Of a stretch of DNA of 64,000 nt, positions 41,387 to 56,713 are shown piece by piece. Positions within the stretch are counted from its first letter, which is position 1. Each line of letters starts with the position of its first letter. The notes below the pieces were generated by a model. That model had not been told where the DNA came from. It saw only the letters and a program-made list of their open reading frames with translations, and ran no database searches. The stretch covers positions 13,516,001 to 13,580,000 of the forward strand of contig CM022674.1 of NCBI GenBank assembly GCA_012295275.1, given 5' to 3'. The stretch comes from Chrysomallon squamiferum (Eukaryota; Animalia; Mollusca). Both the position numbers and the translations under genes were made by a program.

Positions 41387-42736
41387 TATGTTCTTTCTGA
41401 AAATTTAAGCTCAGTTGTTTAACATTATTTATTTATAACCCACCAGCAAAGATATTAAAAAAAAAAAAAAAATTTCTATTTTATTATTGTGCAATATTAC
41501 TATATCTTGCCAATCTATTATTATTTTTTTTAATGTTATTACTTCTTGTCTTCTTGTATCATATATATATATGTGTGTGTGTGTATATATTATTGCTTTT
41601 ATCTCTTTATTATATACAAATCATAAAGAAACACAGTGTACAACGAAGACCTGATTATCTGAATGTAAATTAGTATTGTTTTAAAAATTCTTTTGATTTG
41701 TTATTAATATATATATTTTTTAATTAACATATTTTAGAACACAGTTCTTACAATATTTTGAAACTGAATTAAACAGAACTTCACAAATTTTTCTAAACTC
41801 AAATAACGATCAATTACTCTGCCACTTTCTAATTCAACAATTCAAAATATGTGTAACTAGTGATATCCAAAAATACAACAAAGGTTATAAGCCATATGGT
41901 TAAGCTGTCTTCTTAAAACTGGTAGAGACAGAGTTCAAATGGCAACACTCCCAGATTAGGATTTTATTGGGAAGGTTTAACACACGTTGCAGTATTTTTT
42001 TTTTATCTGAATCTCTGGCACTGTTTTGCTAATGCATATTCTTCTCTCCAACTTTCTAACATAATAACACTACCTTGATTACAAATACTTATTGTTAACA
42101 CACTAACTAACATCCTCACATTATCTTAAACAGGCAGCTTAGGCTCCCAAACATTCCAAAGACCAATAGTTCCTAATCATTTTTTTTCCACACTCCTATT
42201 CAACCCCTCAAATATTTTTAAACATAACTACTACAGAACAACATCAGACTATCACAGTTATTAAATCTGCATAGCTAAACATTTCTTACATTTTTTTAAA
42301 TTTTACTTATTATATACATATTTTATTTAAATATTTAACTTTTATTTTTCATGCTGGCATTTCTTGAACATCGAGATTGGTGGGTTCTGAATTATTATTT
42401 TTTTGATACATCACATTGAAATTGCTCTGTCTAGGAAAACACTGCCGTAAATACTCACTGTTGAAATTCATCAAATTTAAGAACGATTCTGATGATCTAT
42501 TGATCAGCTGATAAAGATAAATGATTATGTACTTCATTAATTAGTATTAGGAATATCTGATTACTGCAATGGCACTTATATATATTCACTTTAAATATAC
42601 GTTTCAGAATTTTTGAAATATTTATATGTAAAATAACTTATTACTAGAATTTATTTCTGTAATATTACAGATATACAGAAAAACATATTTAAATATTACT
42701 TTTTACTTCTTCCATAAAGAATGATATAATTTTGGG

Positions 42737-42774
<38 letters not shown>

Positions 42775-42828
42775 TATACAACACAGATATGGATTATGAT
42801 TCTATAACTTTCATTTAGTCCTCTAAAA

Positions 42829-42999
42829 CAGTGCTTCTGAAACTGTTTCAGTGTATTGCAGCCTTAAGTCTTCATGACTGAATCTATGGCTGAATTACTA
42901 CTAATGGTATTTTGGTCATTTTCTTCAGTTAAATTTCATTCACCTGAAAACAGTTTCAGTCACCCTTGGGTGAATAATTCACCAGTTTAAGAAACACTG
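42829..42999. mobile_element. hAT (Charlie-like) MITE
   Basis: 17-bp imperfect TIRs cagtgcttctgaaactg / cagtttaagaaacactg; 8-bp flanks ctctaaaa / acctaaaa (6/8 identical) consistent with a decayed target-site duplication. Confidence 0.7.
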
Positions 43000-43119
43000 A
43001 CCTAAAATGACTGTAAAAATGGTTAGCTGCCAAATGAAAAATATGTGATTTTAATTTCTCCTTCTGATGACCATCATCATGATCATAATCATCATCATCA
43101 TCATTTTTGCTTCCACTGC

Positions 43120-43173
<54 letters not shown>

Positions 43174-43621
43174 GTGGCCAAATAGTTTACATTTTAAATA
43201 TCTACTTACATGTTTTGGAAAACATACACACTGAAATTTATCTGCTTAGTAAAATAAAAATGTTTGTAATTAGTAATTTTCATGCATTGTTGAGTTGACA
43301 AGTTAAATATTTTGCCAGTAGAAGATTCAGATTAAATGGACCAGTGTTACCTCATAGAATGAAACTCTGAATTTTTATTAATTGTTGATTTTGTAAACAT
43401 TTTACTGTAATAAGTTTGTTAGTAGTAAAAATATTTCAACTCTTTCAGCTCAGATCATTTTGTAGTTATTTCCAACAACAGTACACTGTAAAAAATGAGA
43501 AACTTCAACCAAATTGTGTCTGCACATATTATTTTGCTAAGATACATGTGTGCTGCATTTTGATTGGTTCATTAATATTTGTGTAGCCAATAGCAAGAAC
43601 TGTTACATTATTAATTAATTA

Positions 43622-43662
<41 letters not shown>

Positions 43663-46600
43663 ATTATTTTTCATTTATTATTATCATTACTACTACTATG
43701 ACTACTGTTTATTTATTACTATTACTTTTAATAATATTATTAATTATTATTTTTTATTTATTATTATCATTACTACTACTATGACTACTGTTTATTTATT
43801 TATTTATTACTATTACTTTTAATAATATTATTAATTATTATTTTTTATTTATTATTATCATTATTACTATTATTTATTTATTTATTTATTTATTTTTTAA
43901 TAGTCATCTAAGATGGTTTGGTTCTTCTATGCTGAAAGAGTTAAAATTTATATTTTGACTATAATTATTAACCTTTTGTTACATTCCTGTTTCAGAGATC
44001 TTTTTCTCCTTAACCTAATTTTTCATCAATTTTATATTTTTAATTTGATTAATCTTTATAAATGCCCATCGAAAACAAAAACATGTTATTTTGTTTTCTT
44101 ATAACGAGTTTGCAAGATTTATGAAAATGTTTATGAAAATGATTGTGTGCATGTGTTTATGTGTGTGTAAATATATTTGCAAATGCATCCAAATACCAAA
44201 ACGAATTTAATGCTTATACGAATTGTGTATGTTTTTTATGTATATCATGTATGTAAAATATATAAGGAATTTTTTTGTTACCAAGCTACAAATATTTAGA
44301 ATTTTTTTTTATTCATGTTGTTCACACGTGATGATGTACAGAAATTTATGAAACAAAAAAACTCAATATTATTTTAAAAAATTTCTATCTGTTATAATAA
44401 GAATCATGCTGTTTTTTTCTTACGCACATTTGAAGTTTTACTTCTTTCATGTTTCATATATAAAATATGTAAATAGGTATATAAAATAAATATTCAGGTG
44501 TGATTATAAAAGTCATAATTTGTCTTTCTCTATTGTACTTAAATATTTATCACAGTTTTGAAGTGCCTCATATATTTTTTCTTGTTTCCTTTAGATATAT
44601 GTTGATCTTTGATACATATTTTTGTATAATATTGTAATATTTGAACTTGCATATCGTATGAAGTGTTGGTAGAAAACGTCAACAGTTGCTGAGTCTATAT
44701 ATATATATATATATATATATAGTTTACTATTTTTTTAACATAAACTTGTTATTTAGTTATCAAGTGCCTATTTGACTACAATGTGATAAATTTAAAATGC
44801 ATTTTCTTGAAAGCATAAAGATATTTTGAATACTTTCAAGTTACTGTTTTTGTTGTTGTCGTTTTTATTTATGGACTGCCATTCTTTATTAATAATAAAA
44901 TGGGATTATTGTGGATTATTCATATAGACTTGAACAAATATTTAAAGTGAACATTTTTATGGAGAATTAAACATATCTGGAAAAACAAAATGTAACAGTT
45001 TTTGTAATAATAACACAATAATAGTTTGCAAAAAAAACAAAAAACCCCACTAAACCCTTGAATAATCTATTCAAAATGTACTCAAAATTTTGTTATATTT
45101 TGTTTAAAAATGGTTAATATGCATTTTCAAACAGTAAATAGAAGGTAAAAATACATTTAGACTTTTTGTTAAAAAATAATTAAATGTACCTTTGATAATA
45201 ACAAAAAATTAGTGAAATATATTCTGCATACTTCCAAATTATATTTTATTTACTTTATTTATTTACTTTTTATTTTATTTTATTTTAATTTTATTTTAAT
45301 TTTATTTTCTTTTGTGTTATTTAGTCTTTTTGTACCGATTTTTTTGTTTTGATTATTATTATTATTATTATTATTATTAGTCATAGTAGTAGTAGTAGTG
45401 GTAGTAGTAGTATATTTTAGTTTTGTTGTTATAGTTTGGTGAAGCCAATAATAATTTGGAAGTAGTATAAAAAACATTTTCCATTTGCATGTTCATACCA
45501 GTAAGTATACATTTTAACAATTATGTTTTGAAGACTGAGTTGTAACTTTTACCAAACATTTTCATTATTTGTAATTTGTTATTAATAAAGATGTGTTTCT
45601 CAAATCAAATAAAATAATAACTTCAATGAATAAAAATCAATTTTAATTCAGATATATTCATACCAATATATACATATTTCAACAACTGTGTTTTGAAGAC
45701 TGGCTTGTAAATTATACCAAACATTTTTATTGCCATAATTAAATAAAATAACAATTTTTTTTCACATTCATATAGCCTCTTGAAAATATAAAAAAAAAGT
45801 TTTCAATTTGTACATTCGTAATTCCAACTAAACAAATACATTTTCAAGAATGTTTTGCAACATACACCAGTCACATTCCATTATTTCCCAGCTCAAATTT
45901 GTTATTATGTTCATTTGTTGATTCCACACAGACTTAATCACAGGTTTAGTATGTAAACATAAAATAATTGAAATTAATTGTGGCATTTTGTGTTCATTAT
46001 ATCCTGCAAGATGTGGTTAGTGTCCATATTAATTCCCACCATTTACTGATTATATGCACATCAACATGTAATTGCTAATGATGCTCAGTTGTAATTGATG
46101 ATTGTGATACATTATAAATTGAAAATTACTTGCGATTATGACGAATAATGACATTTGATAATAACGAATAATGACATCCGATTATAATTGATAATTATAA
46201 CTGATGATAATTGATAATGATTTTAATGATAATTGTAATTGATATGCAGTCATTATTATTATTATTTTTTTTTTTTAATTGTGTGAGATGTTTTAGTTAT
46301 TTGTTATTTGGAATTTTTCTTCTTGTTTTTCTTCCATTCCAGTGAGATTATATTTTTGTTCTTACCTGTCAGAAATGTTTTCACTGATACAGTATCATAA
46401 CAGTTTTTCATCAAAATATAATTCTTCTGGAATGTTTTTTATTTTACAATAATAATCCAAAACTTCATGGCTTTTTAAAAAAAAAAAGTGAAATTGTTGC
46501 TGCTACAGACAAGTTCTTGTGGAAAGTTTCAGATATCGAATAACTACAAGATATTTATTCAGAAAGTATCACTGCAGTAGTTGTATTAAATTGTCGAGTA

Positions 46601-47503
46601 ATTTTAGAAACTAGACAAATGAATTCTTTTCAAAATGAAAAAAAAACCACAAAAAAAAAACCACAAGGAACAACAACAACAACAAAAAAAAAAAAAAACA
46701 ACTACATCAACAACAATAATAATAATGATAATGATGATGACAAAGACTATGTATATTATTATTATTATTATTATTATTAAAATTGTAACATATTCTTTGC
46801 CAGCTTCTCATATATACTAACAACATTTAGTGGTTTAAAATAAACTGAAAATAAAAACTTTATTTAATCATGTTCAGTATTTATCTGATTTTCTTTTTCT
46901 GATTTAAATTATGAAAATAAAAATTAAAGTTAAAATTTTGAAGAAAAAAAAAAGAAGAAAAGAAAAAAGAAACTTTACTATATTTTTCTTCTACATTTCC
47001 TTGGCTTTTTCTTAATATAAAAAATTAATTTACAATATTTAAAATCAGATATATTAGAGAAATTGAAGATAAGATAAAAAAATAATAATAATAAAAAAAT
47101 GAGAAATTAAAAATGGATATGAAAAAATTAATTATTTTTGAAAATTATATATAAATTTTATTCACAAGAGCATTGGTTATTTTTGGAAAATTAATTTTCA
47201 TGATACTTACTCTGGTAATTTTAAATAAACATATGCTTATGAAATATACACAGATGTTATGGGTATATATGTATATATGTATGTATGTATGTGTGTGTGA
47301 GTTTTATTATGACAGTAACTTATAAATGTAAAAAATTATCAACACCAATCTTTATAAACAGTTGATGAATTCAATTATAATACTAAGCAATGATGAAATG
47401 TAATTATGCAGTTTTCATATTTTTTAATACATGGTTTTTAATATAATAATATCATGTTCGAGTTTCTTATGAAGAAAATCTTCATAAGTAGCTAACTAAT
47501 CCA

Positions 47504-47718
47504 TGCTGATATTTTAAAGATATTTATATTTTTATGACATTCTGTTGGTTCGTTGAGATTGTGGGGTTTTTTGTGTCATCGAATGTGTAAATTTAAAATT
47601 ATTTTGTGTGATATGGATCTGGTCACAGTTTGAAGAATTGTATTTTACTAAATACTTGATAATATTTTAAATTATATTTTTTTTTTCATGGAATCGTTAA
47701 CTGTGGTAACAGTAAAGT

Positions 47719-47760
<42 letters not shown>
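47504..47760 (+). repeat. Dispersed ~220-bp repeat ending in (TG)n, copy 2
   Basis: Homologous to 25232-25460; structure suggests a retroposon 3' end with a microsatellite tail. Confidence 0.85.
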
Positions 47761-47767
<7 letters not shown>

Positions 47768-48326
47768 CGTGCATGAGAGAAAATGAAAGTTAATTACATT
47801 CAGTAGCAGAATGACACAACACAAATAAGGCAAATGGTAAAATATGATACAAAATATTTACAAGATATTTAGTGCCTTGCTTTTGGACAATACTTTCAAA
47901 GATATAATATAGAGACAGATGGTTATATATATATAATAATAATAACAATTATAACAATGTTCAAAATTAAAAGAGTAGATATTAATAATACAAAATATTT
48001 TTTTATACAAAGAAATTTATGAAATGGACTGATCATCTTAACAAATTATTCATTTTATTCATGCTTGATTTAAATAAAGTAGATTATTCATATTAAATGA
48101 ATGGAAATTGTTCAGTTTATTCAAGAATGATGAAAAAATATTCAGTTTATTTTACTCACTTAATAAAAGTAGCATTTTTTCAACTTTGTATTAATTTTAA
48201 AAAACTGGATTTTTATTTGGTTTATTCATATTTGGTTAATGCATTGTTTTTCATATATGATACAGAATATTCAAATACATGATATTATTTCTTATATATG
48301 TATGTATGTTTTACTTGTGTCTGTAG

Positions 48327-48363
<37 letters not shown>

Positions 48364-49157
48364 TGTGGGTGTATTGTGTATGTGTCTAAATTTCATTTTG
48401 TAAACGAATGAACATAAGATTATATTTTAAGTTTCTGTAAACTTTCAAACTCAAAGAGCAGTAAAGCTAGTTTAACTGTAATGTATTTTTTGTTGTTTGT
48501 TTTGTTTTTATATGTTACATCAGATAATGCCAGACATTTCATTTCATCATGAATATTATTATTGTCTATTTTCATGTTTATTTTTGTTTTTTTTTTTTTT
48601 TCTTGTCTCAAATCAATTTAATCTGTTTTCACTTGTGTATATATGTCTGCGATAATGACTTTTTTGTTTTGCTTTTGTCAGATTGTAACACATTTAGTTT
48701 TGTTTGTGTATTAAGAAGAGATTTTTGTTTTGTTTTTGTTATTTTTGTGTTTTGTTTTGCTTCTTCATTTGTAATATAAGGTGAAAAAAAAAAAAAAAAA
48801 TGAAACTGACTTACTAAATGAAGTCTGAAAAAAAAATAAAAAAAAAAAAATTGAGCCAAAGTGCATAAATGTCATTTCAAAATTTGAGTGCATTAAAGAT
48901 ATTAAATTCCTGTCAGTATATATGTATAATATTTAAAATAATGTTAAACCTATATTCAGAAGGCATATTTTATACACAAGGTACAGTTTATTAAATTATG
49001 TAACACAGAGGTCAGTATGTCTGAAATACAAAGTATTAATGTACAGGAAACTGTGTTGTCTAAATCAGTATATGTACATAATAAATATATTTTATATATA
49101 TGAGAGATAAGGATGAAGTAAAACTAAAGACTGTATATGTATCGCTGTATATATGTA

Positions 49158-49195
<38 letters not shown>

Positions 49196-49538
49196 ACAAG
49201 ATTATCGATAGTTTAAAGGAAAATATAGATTTGAGTGAGTTAGTTTTTTCCTTTTTATTTTATTTTTATTTTTTTCTGAGGAAGTTAAGCAACACTAAAA
49301 CATTTTAAAATGTCCAATGTTTCTCCCTGTCACTTCTATCAACATTACTACAACTCCTTGTTACTATTACCTCTATTTCCACCACTGCTACTAATATCAT
49401 TACCACTATCATTATTATTTCTGCAGCTATTCCTGTTACAACTACTGCTGTTACAACTACTGCTATTAAGAATATTTCTACTAGTACTATTAATTTTTTG
49501 TTATTTGTGGGCTATTTTTATTTTTTTTTTTTTTTGTG

Positions 49539-49570
<32 letters not shown>

Positions 49571-50379
49571 CTTTATCTATTATTATTATTATTAATGTCT
49601 AAGTGTATAATTATAGTTTGTTGCTTGTCCTAGATAAAAGTTTTGGAGATTCAAAAAAGTTATTTTGTCAGGTGCAATAAGTAGTGATAGAATTTGTAAC
49701 ACCATTGCATATCAGTGTTAATCAAGATAAATTTATACTCAACAAATTATTTGTGTGTACATTTATTTATATGAAATAAAATCTAAATTATTCTCGTATG
49801 CTTTTGCAGACTTGAATGTTTTTTATTTTGTTTGTTTGTTTATTATTGTTGTTTTTGGTTTTGTTGTTGTTGTTGTTGTTGTTGTTAGACATTGGACACT
49901 ATTTGTTGTAAAGAGAAATCTTAAACATTAAGATTTTAAAATGAAGAAAACGAAGAAGAAAAAAAAAAAGTGAGAAAGAAAAAAAAAAAAAAAAAAATTA
50001 AAAGATGATTATGAGTCATTTTTATGAAAATTAAAAATGCAAAAAATTGATATTTCTTTCCATCCTTAAATTATTTTTATTTATTTAAATCCAAAAAGGT
50101 TAAGCATTTCGAGCTGCTTACAAACAGACACACACACACAAAAAAAACCGAATTTCATCTTTTTTAATCTAGATTTTGTCAAACTTTGTTGAACTAGAAA
50201 AATTAATTTGCTTTTTCTTTGTTACCTTGCATCGTATTCAAACATAAATCCTAAGAGTTTTGACATTCAATATTCATTTCACTTTCCAAATGTCATTTTC
50301 ATTTCAGTTGTGAATAGGTTCTTGCTTCGAAAGATTCACCCTAATTAACTATTTCCTCAAAAAAATGTAACTTAATTTT

Positions 50380-50851
50380 TCTGCTCTTTACGGAAAGTAA
50401 GTGGACCGGAAGTACGCTCGTAATCTTTTAAAATTTAGTCGTAAGAAGTGGAAAAATAAATATATTTCGGTGTTTATTAGGAACTGTAAACAGCAGCAGC
50501 TTGGCCAGCTTTAATTATTATTAATTTTGTTTTCGTAGATACCGTTAAATGTAACGCACTTTATTCAAGCGAAATCATTTTCTTGGTTAAGCAATCCCCC
50601 ACCATCAACTACAATTTAATGCAGTTCAAATTCAAAAGCTTCGAAATAAGCAAGAAAATGTAATTTAGTATTCGTTCGACTAAGAAAAAAAAAAAACAAA
50701 AAAAAATAATAAAAATAAATAAAATAAAATAAAACAAAATATAGAGTTTAAAGTAAAATTATTTTGTACAACTCACCCAAATATTTTATTATTTTAAATC
50801 ATCTTTCAAAATTTTTCACACACACACACACACACACAGGAATGTTGGTTA

Positions 50852-50904
<53 letters not shown>

Positions 50905-50912
50905 AGCTACTG

Positions 50913-50945
<33 letters not shown>

Positions 50946-50955
50946 ATAATAATAT

Positions 50956-51018
<63 letters not shown>

Positions 51019-51600
51019 AATAAAATAAAAACAGTACACTATGTGCGGCAAAAGCTGACGTGATAATTTTCGTTTCCCCGTTGAAACTTTTAAAAAAAGA
51101 CATAATGACTCATGAGGGGTCTTTTCCTCCTCTGAGCGTAACTATGGAATCAACATCGATTTCGTTGTTACTAAGTAATCTTTATTCGGCCATCTTGGAC
51201 ACGTAATCACAGAAAGGACAACGTCACGATAACGTTGGTGCCCAAAAAAACCGAAACGTATGGGGTGAGGCGGTGGGGGGGGGGGGGCAAAAACGTTATT
51301 AAATTTTCACTTGTTTCTGCATCTGGCGTTTCTTGATAATGGCGACTTGAAGAATGGCAAAACCGCTGTCAGTTTTGTACGTGTGAAATTGTGCAGAGGG
51401 GCAAACACGTGTTGGTGCGCGACAGAGCTGCAATCACGTAAGTTGATTACCCGGCAAATTTGAGTAAAATGATTGGTTTGCCAGAGATGGAAATTTGCTC
51501 TGTGACGCTTTGATTGGCTACATGATTATAACCTTTGTTCACACTGCCAGCTTCTCAGTTTGTTCGACTACCGTAAATACTTCGTTAGAAGTCGAGCGTA
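50380..51600. promoter_or_regulatory. CpG-rich promoter-like region
   Basis: ETS motif ACCGGAAGT (~50405), YY1-like CGGCCATCTTGG (~51187), two ATTGG (CCAAT) boxes (~51472, ~51513), abrupt rise in CpG density. Confidence 0.55.
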
Positions 51601-51643
51601 TATCTATTTAATTTCATCCCCTTTTATTTGATTACGTTATTTC

Positions 51644-51646
<3 letters not shown>

Positions 51647-51714
<68 letters not shown>

Positions 51715-51789
51715 CAAATGTACCTCCGTCTCTTTCTCTGTCCATGTCTCTGACCCTCTTTTCTGTATGTACATCTACCTATCTATCTA

Positions 51790-51820
<31 letters not shown>

Positions 51821-52444
51821 GTCTATCTGTCTGTCTGTGTATCTATCTCTCTATCTCTATATATCTGTCTATCTATCTCTCTCTCTATCTATATATCTAT
51901 CTCTCTATGTATCTATCTATCTGTATGTCTATCTCTGTCTCTCTATATATCTATCTCTCTCTATCTATATATATCTACCAATCTGTCTATCTATCTATCT
52001 ATATATATCTATCTATCTCTATATATATCTATCTATATATCTGTCTGTCTATCCATCTATCTATGTATCTGTGTTTCTATCTATCTGTCTATCTATGTGT
52101 CTATCTCTCTGTGTCTATCTGTCTATATATCTATTTGTCCGTATATATCCCATCTGTCTGTCTGTCCATCCATCTATCTGTCTATGTATCTGTGTTTCTA
52201 TCTATCTGTCTATCTATGTGTCTATCTCTCTGTGTCTATCTGTCTATATATCTATTTGTCCGTGTAACTGCCCATCTGACTGTCTGTCTGTCTGTCTATC
52301 TGTCTATCTATGTATCTGTGTATCTATCTGTCTATCGATATATGTGTCTATCTCTCTGTGTCTATCTGTCTATATATCTATTTGTCCGTGTAACTGCCCA
52401 TCTGACTGTCTGTCTGTCTGTCTATCTGTCTGTCTCTCAGTCTA

Positions 52445-52478
<34 letters not shown>

Positions 52479-53086
52479 AGTCTATCTGTCTGTCTGTCTG
52501 TCTATCTGTCTATCTTTGTCTCTCTATCTATCTGTCTATCTATATATTTGTCTATCTACCAATCTGTCTCTCTATCTATATATCTATCTATCTCTATATC
52601 TATCTATATATCTATCTGTCTATCCATCTATCTATCTATCTATCTATCCACCTATCTATCTATCTATCTATCTATGTGTCTATCTCTCTCTGTCTGTCTG
52701 TCTATATATCTATCTGTCTGTGTAACTGCCTATCTGACCGTCTGTCTGTCTGTCTCTCAGTCTATCTCTGTCTCTCTATATATCTGTCTATCTATTTTTC
52801 TATCTCTCGATCTATCTATATATATCTATCAGTCTATCTGTCTATCTATCAATCTTTGTATCTGTGTATCTATCTATCTATCTATCTAGCTATGTGTCTT
52901 TCTCTCTGTGTCTATCTGTCTATATATCTATCTGTCTGTGTAATTGCCCATCTGACTGTCTGTCTGTCTATCTATCTCTCTGTCTCTCAGTCTATCTATC
53001 TGTCTGTCTGTATATCTGTCTATTTTTGTCTCTCTATCTATCTGTCTATCTATCTATTTGTCTATCTGTCTATCTATCTATCTATG
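51647..53086. repeat. Compound (TC)n/(TCTA/TCTG)n satellite with higher-order duplication
   Basis: Anchor gtgtaactgcccatctgactgtctg recurs about 4 times; source of the LSIY/CLSV ORFs. Confidence 0.95.
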
Positions 53087-53549
53087 CATAGAAAAACAGT
53101 ACTATTAGTAGTAATAGTAACAGTCATAGTAGTGATGATGATGATTGTAATAGTTGTAGTTATAGCAGCAGTAGTAGTAATAACGATATAAGATGATGAT
53201 TTATATGAAGGTTACTCTTACTCTAATTCCATCCATTTCAAGACTACTTATATAAAATAATTTCAAACCCTGTCATTCCCTGGGTAATAAAATGTCCTTT
53301 TGACGTACATATCTCAAAATCTTAATGTACAATTTTTATTTCATTTTAAAACGTTTTTAAGCAATGTATAAAAAGTAAATCTTTTCAAAAAAATAAAAAA
53401 AATTGAAGAGTAAAAGAAACTGAAGTGAGGCTAATTTCGCTCTGCGGTATCAGGAAATCAAACGTGAAGTCAAATACATTTGAAAATGTCACCTTTTAAA
53501 ATTTAATCACTGTATTTAGCAACATTTTAAACTGACACCCCTCTCTGGC

Positions 53550-53835
53550 TCCCCGTGACGTCACTGAAGCGTCGTTAGTGTCGTATCTTTCTACGAATTT
53601 AACGTTAAAAATTCGTTTCCGACTCTACTTGGCCACTCAGTTTAATTTAGAAATTTGACGAATCTAATAATTGTGACGCCAAAACTTCTGATCATGTTTT
53701 TTAAACCAGAACGAAATCTTCTTTCCGTTTCGGCGACTTTAATCTCTTCTGCTTCGTTATTAATTCATTACCTTGCCGTGATTACGATAAAGACCGGAAG
53801 AGGAAGAAGCTACGCAGGAGACAATGGCGCCGTTT
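53550..53835 (+). promoter_or_regulatory. CpG-rich promoter-like region
   Basis: CRE TGACGTCA at 53556, ETS-like ACCGGAAG (~53792), ATGGCGCC. Confidence 0.45.
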
Positions 53836-53945
53836 ATAAATGTCACTTTCGTATAATTTCTTTTTTTTAAATTTTTAATTTTTTTTTTTTTTTTTTTTTT
53901 CCTATAGATGGATCCGGAAAAAAATAAATGTAAGATATCTGAGAT

Positions 53946-53980
<35 letters not shown>

Positions 53981-55499
53981 TTGTTGTTTTGTTGTTGTTG
54001 TTGATGATGATGATCTTCTACCTCTTCTTTTTATTCTTTGTTGCTATAACTGTTTGCAAATAATGTTTTTGTTTATTTTATTATTATTAATATTTTGTTT
54101 AATAATAATAATAAATAATGTTTTGTTACACCTAATAATAATTTATTATTATTATTATTTTTTTAATAAACGGTTGGTGAATTAGCGCATTATTTTAATT
54201 TTAATAGAATACTTTATTATTATTAAAGATTGGTTCCATAGTACGCTGAAATATACAAAAACTATGTCGCTATTTTTTGGTTCAACTTCAAATTCTTTTA
54301 ACCATTATTTTAAGAAGAAGAAGAAGAAGAAGATGAAAGGCTTAGAAGTACACGAAATACAAGTTTAATCATTTGCAGGTACGAACACTTTAACAAGTAA
54401 CAAGAAAAACAATTAACTTTGTACAAATCTATTTAGACTAGTTAGTACTTTAGCCAGAAATAAATGAAATTTATCAAATTTATTTAGTCAGTTTATTCGC
54501 TAGCGTCTGTCTCACAAGCAAAATTAAATATACACACGAAGTATCCAAACTGTTAATTAGCTCTACCCCAGACAGCGTTTAATACAGTAACGTAACACAT
54601 TGACAGACATCCAGAAAGACAGACAGACAAAGATCTAGAGAGTAACTTTCCTAACGCACTAATTCATTTTGAAACATCCAGAGACTCGTAGTCTCGTTTT
54701 GATCAAACCGAAGAGCAACCACTTTGGGAGAATCGAGACTTGCATCGTCTGACTTCCTCTAACCGTAAGCTGGGATTCGGGCCGGTCAGATTTATGAAGT
54801 ATGGTTACATTAAATCAGATCAAAATATTATCAGTGACGTTAGCCAGTTTGCCACGACGCTGTTATCTGTGAACTGATGTTTTTATACAGCCAGTTTAGT
54901 TTTGATTAGCTTTTGCAGTGTCTGTTGGTTAGGTTGTACTCGTACATGAAATTAACGATTTTTATGACGGTTTTAAACAACACAGCTATCTCCTGTGACC
55001 TATATGTATAAGGCCATGTGGTACGATCCAGTGATAAGATAACAGGTACCGATCCAGCTCTAAAAAGAAGAATTCCCTTTGAGGCTATGGTTTGAAGTAC
55101 GCACATTAAAAAATCACTGTTCAGATCTTGGCTTGGACTATCTCTGCGAACACAGATAGCAACCCAACGAACATCTAACATTAAAACCTGTGCAGTGGCT
55201 TTGATATTATTTCCAATAAGCTTTATTTATACAGCAAAGCTGACTACCAGGTAACGATCTAACTACCCTGCAATATTTAAAGCGAAGTTTTCATCTTCAT
55301 ACAACCGACAGTATTATTTGCAGTAAAAGCTTTATTTATACTGCTTGGAGTCACTGTGCCTGTATCAAGGGGCGATCTAACTACCTCCAATATTAAAACC
55401 AAAATTTTTTTTGGCCTTCATTCAGTTTTATACGCAAATAAGCATTATTTATTCATCTAATTTGGGTGGACTTGTCACTGTCTGTGTTGTGGTAGAAAA

Positions 55500-55581
55500 A
55501 TGAAAGGACATGACTCGAAACATGCAGAGTACGCTGAGGATTCTGAGTCTGTTGACAGATTCGATATCTCAGACGATTTCG
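55500..55581 (+). CDS. Putative first coding exon of an unidentified gene
   Basis: aaaATG MKGHDSKHAEYAEDSESVDRFDISDDF G|gttagt; coding-like composition with a good donor. No homology recognised. Confidence 0.4.
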
Positions 55582-56500
55582 GTTAGTTTTGTGGTGTGTC
55601 TATTTGCTTTAGCAGTGCAGATAACCAGCGACTCCAACCGATTATGAATCAAAGGGTTTCAGGTTTCCTTTGATCTGTGATGTCGCAGGATTTCGCTTTG
55701 GTTCACCCATTGGAACAATTTTCCCGTTCCAGCTAATATTCCCCTGCCGGTTAATTAAAGGACATGATAGCTGTTTTAAAAGTTCCTTGTTGTAATCAAG
55801 TGAAGCTTATGGACATGACTAGGACAGCGTGTTTCCTCTCTTTTGTTAATAGTAAATATATAAAAAAAAAGACGTTTGACCCTTACCATAAAAATGCGTA
55901 GTACGGTCTTTCAGCAAATTTGATTTTTCCGTTTTATTCATTGGTTACGAGTTTTCGTGGCTCAGATGTTTTAGTTATTACTGAGATGTAGTCAAATGTT
56001 GATTAATTATGAAAAAATTAACTAATTTATTGATGACTGTGTGCATATTTATCTATGTGTGTGTTTGTGTGACTGCGTGTATGCGTTTCTGAGTGCGTGC
56101 CTATATATATATATTGTTCTTTACTTTTTATCTTCGAAAATAGATTCAGTTTTTTTTTCTCCTGTCTTCATCTTTCTGCTAATAATTTTCTTGGTTTATT
56201 GAACAACAATTATGCTTGAAAGTGTCTCTTTCGACAACCCTCATTCCTGTATCATTACACCTCGACAAAAAAAGATAAAGTGATGTCAGAGATAAAAAAA
56301 AAACCTCTCTCTTCCAATCAATACTGTATCACTAGTGCGGGGGTGTCGTTGTCATTCAGAAGTGCAAATCTTGTAAAATAATCAGTAACCAAATATTTTC
56401 ATATGGAGAGATGCTGATTTTGTTGGGGTTATTATTTTTTTTTTTTTCATTATATTGTCCTTGATTAGATAGTTTTTAAAAATATTATAAGAATGTAACT

Positions 56501-56637
<137 letters not shown>

Positions 56638-56682
56638 CATTGCTACCGTCAGACTGGTAAAGTTTATTTTGCTAGTAAAAAT

Positions 56683-56713
<31 letters not shown>

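Noticed and set aside
41885-41950. tRNA gene (A-box/B-box-like motifs)
   Set aside because: No cloverleaf; at most a decayed SINE head.
42349-42537. 62-aa minus-strand ORF as terminal exon of the antisense candidate
   Set aside because: Its plausible acceptor is phase 0 and does not join the phase-1 upstream exon; no homology recognised.
50226-50266. P2X receptor N-terminus (FMFEYDA resembles FLFEYDT)
   Set aside because: Lacks the YxTxK/R threonine, and no P2X exons were found downstream on the minus strand.
51744-53191. 381-aa and overlapping long ORFs
   Set aside because: Translations of TCTA/TCTG satellite, open in several frames only because of low complexity.
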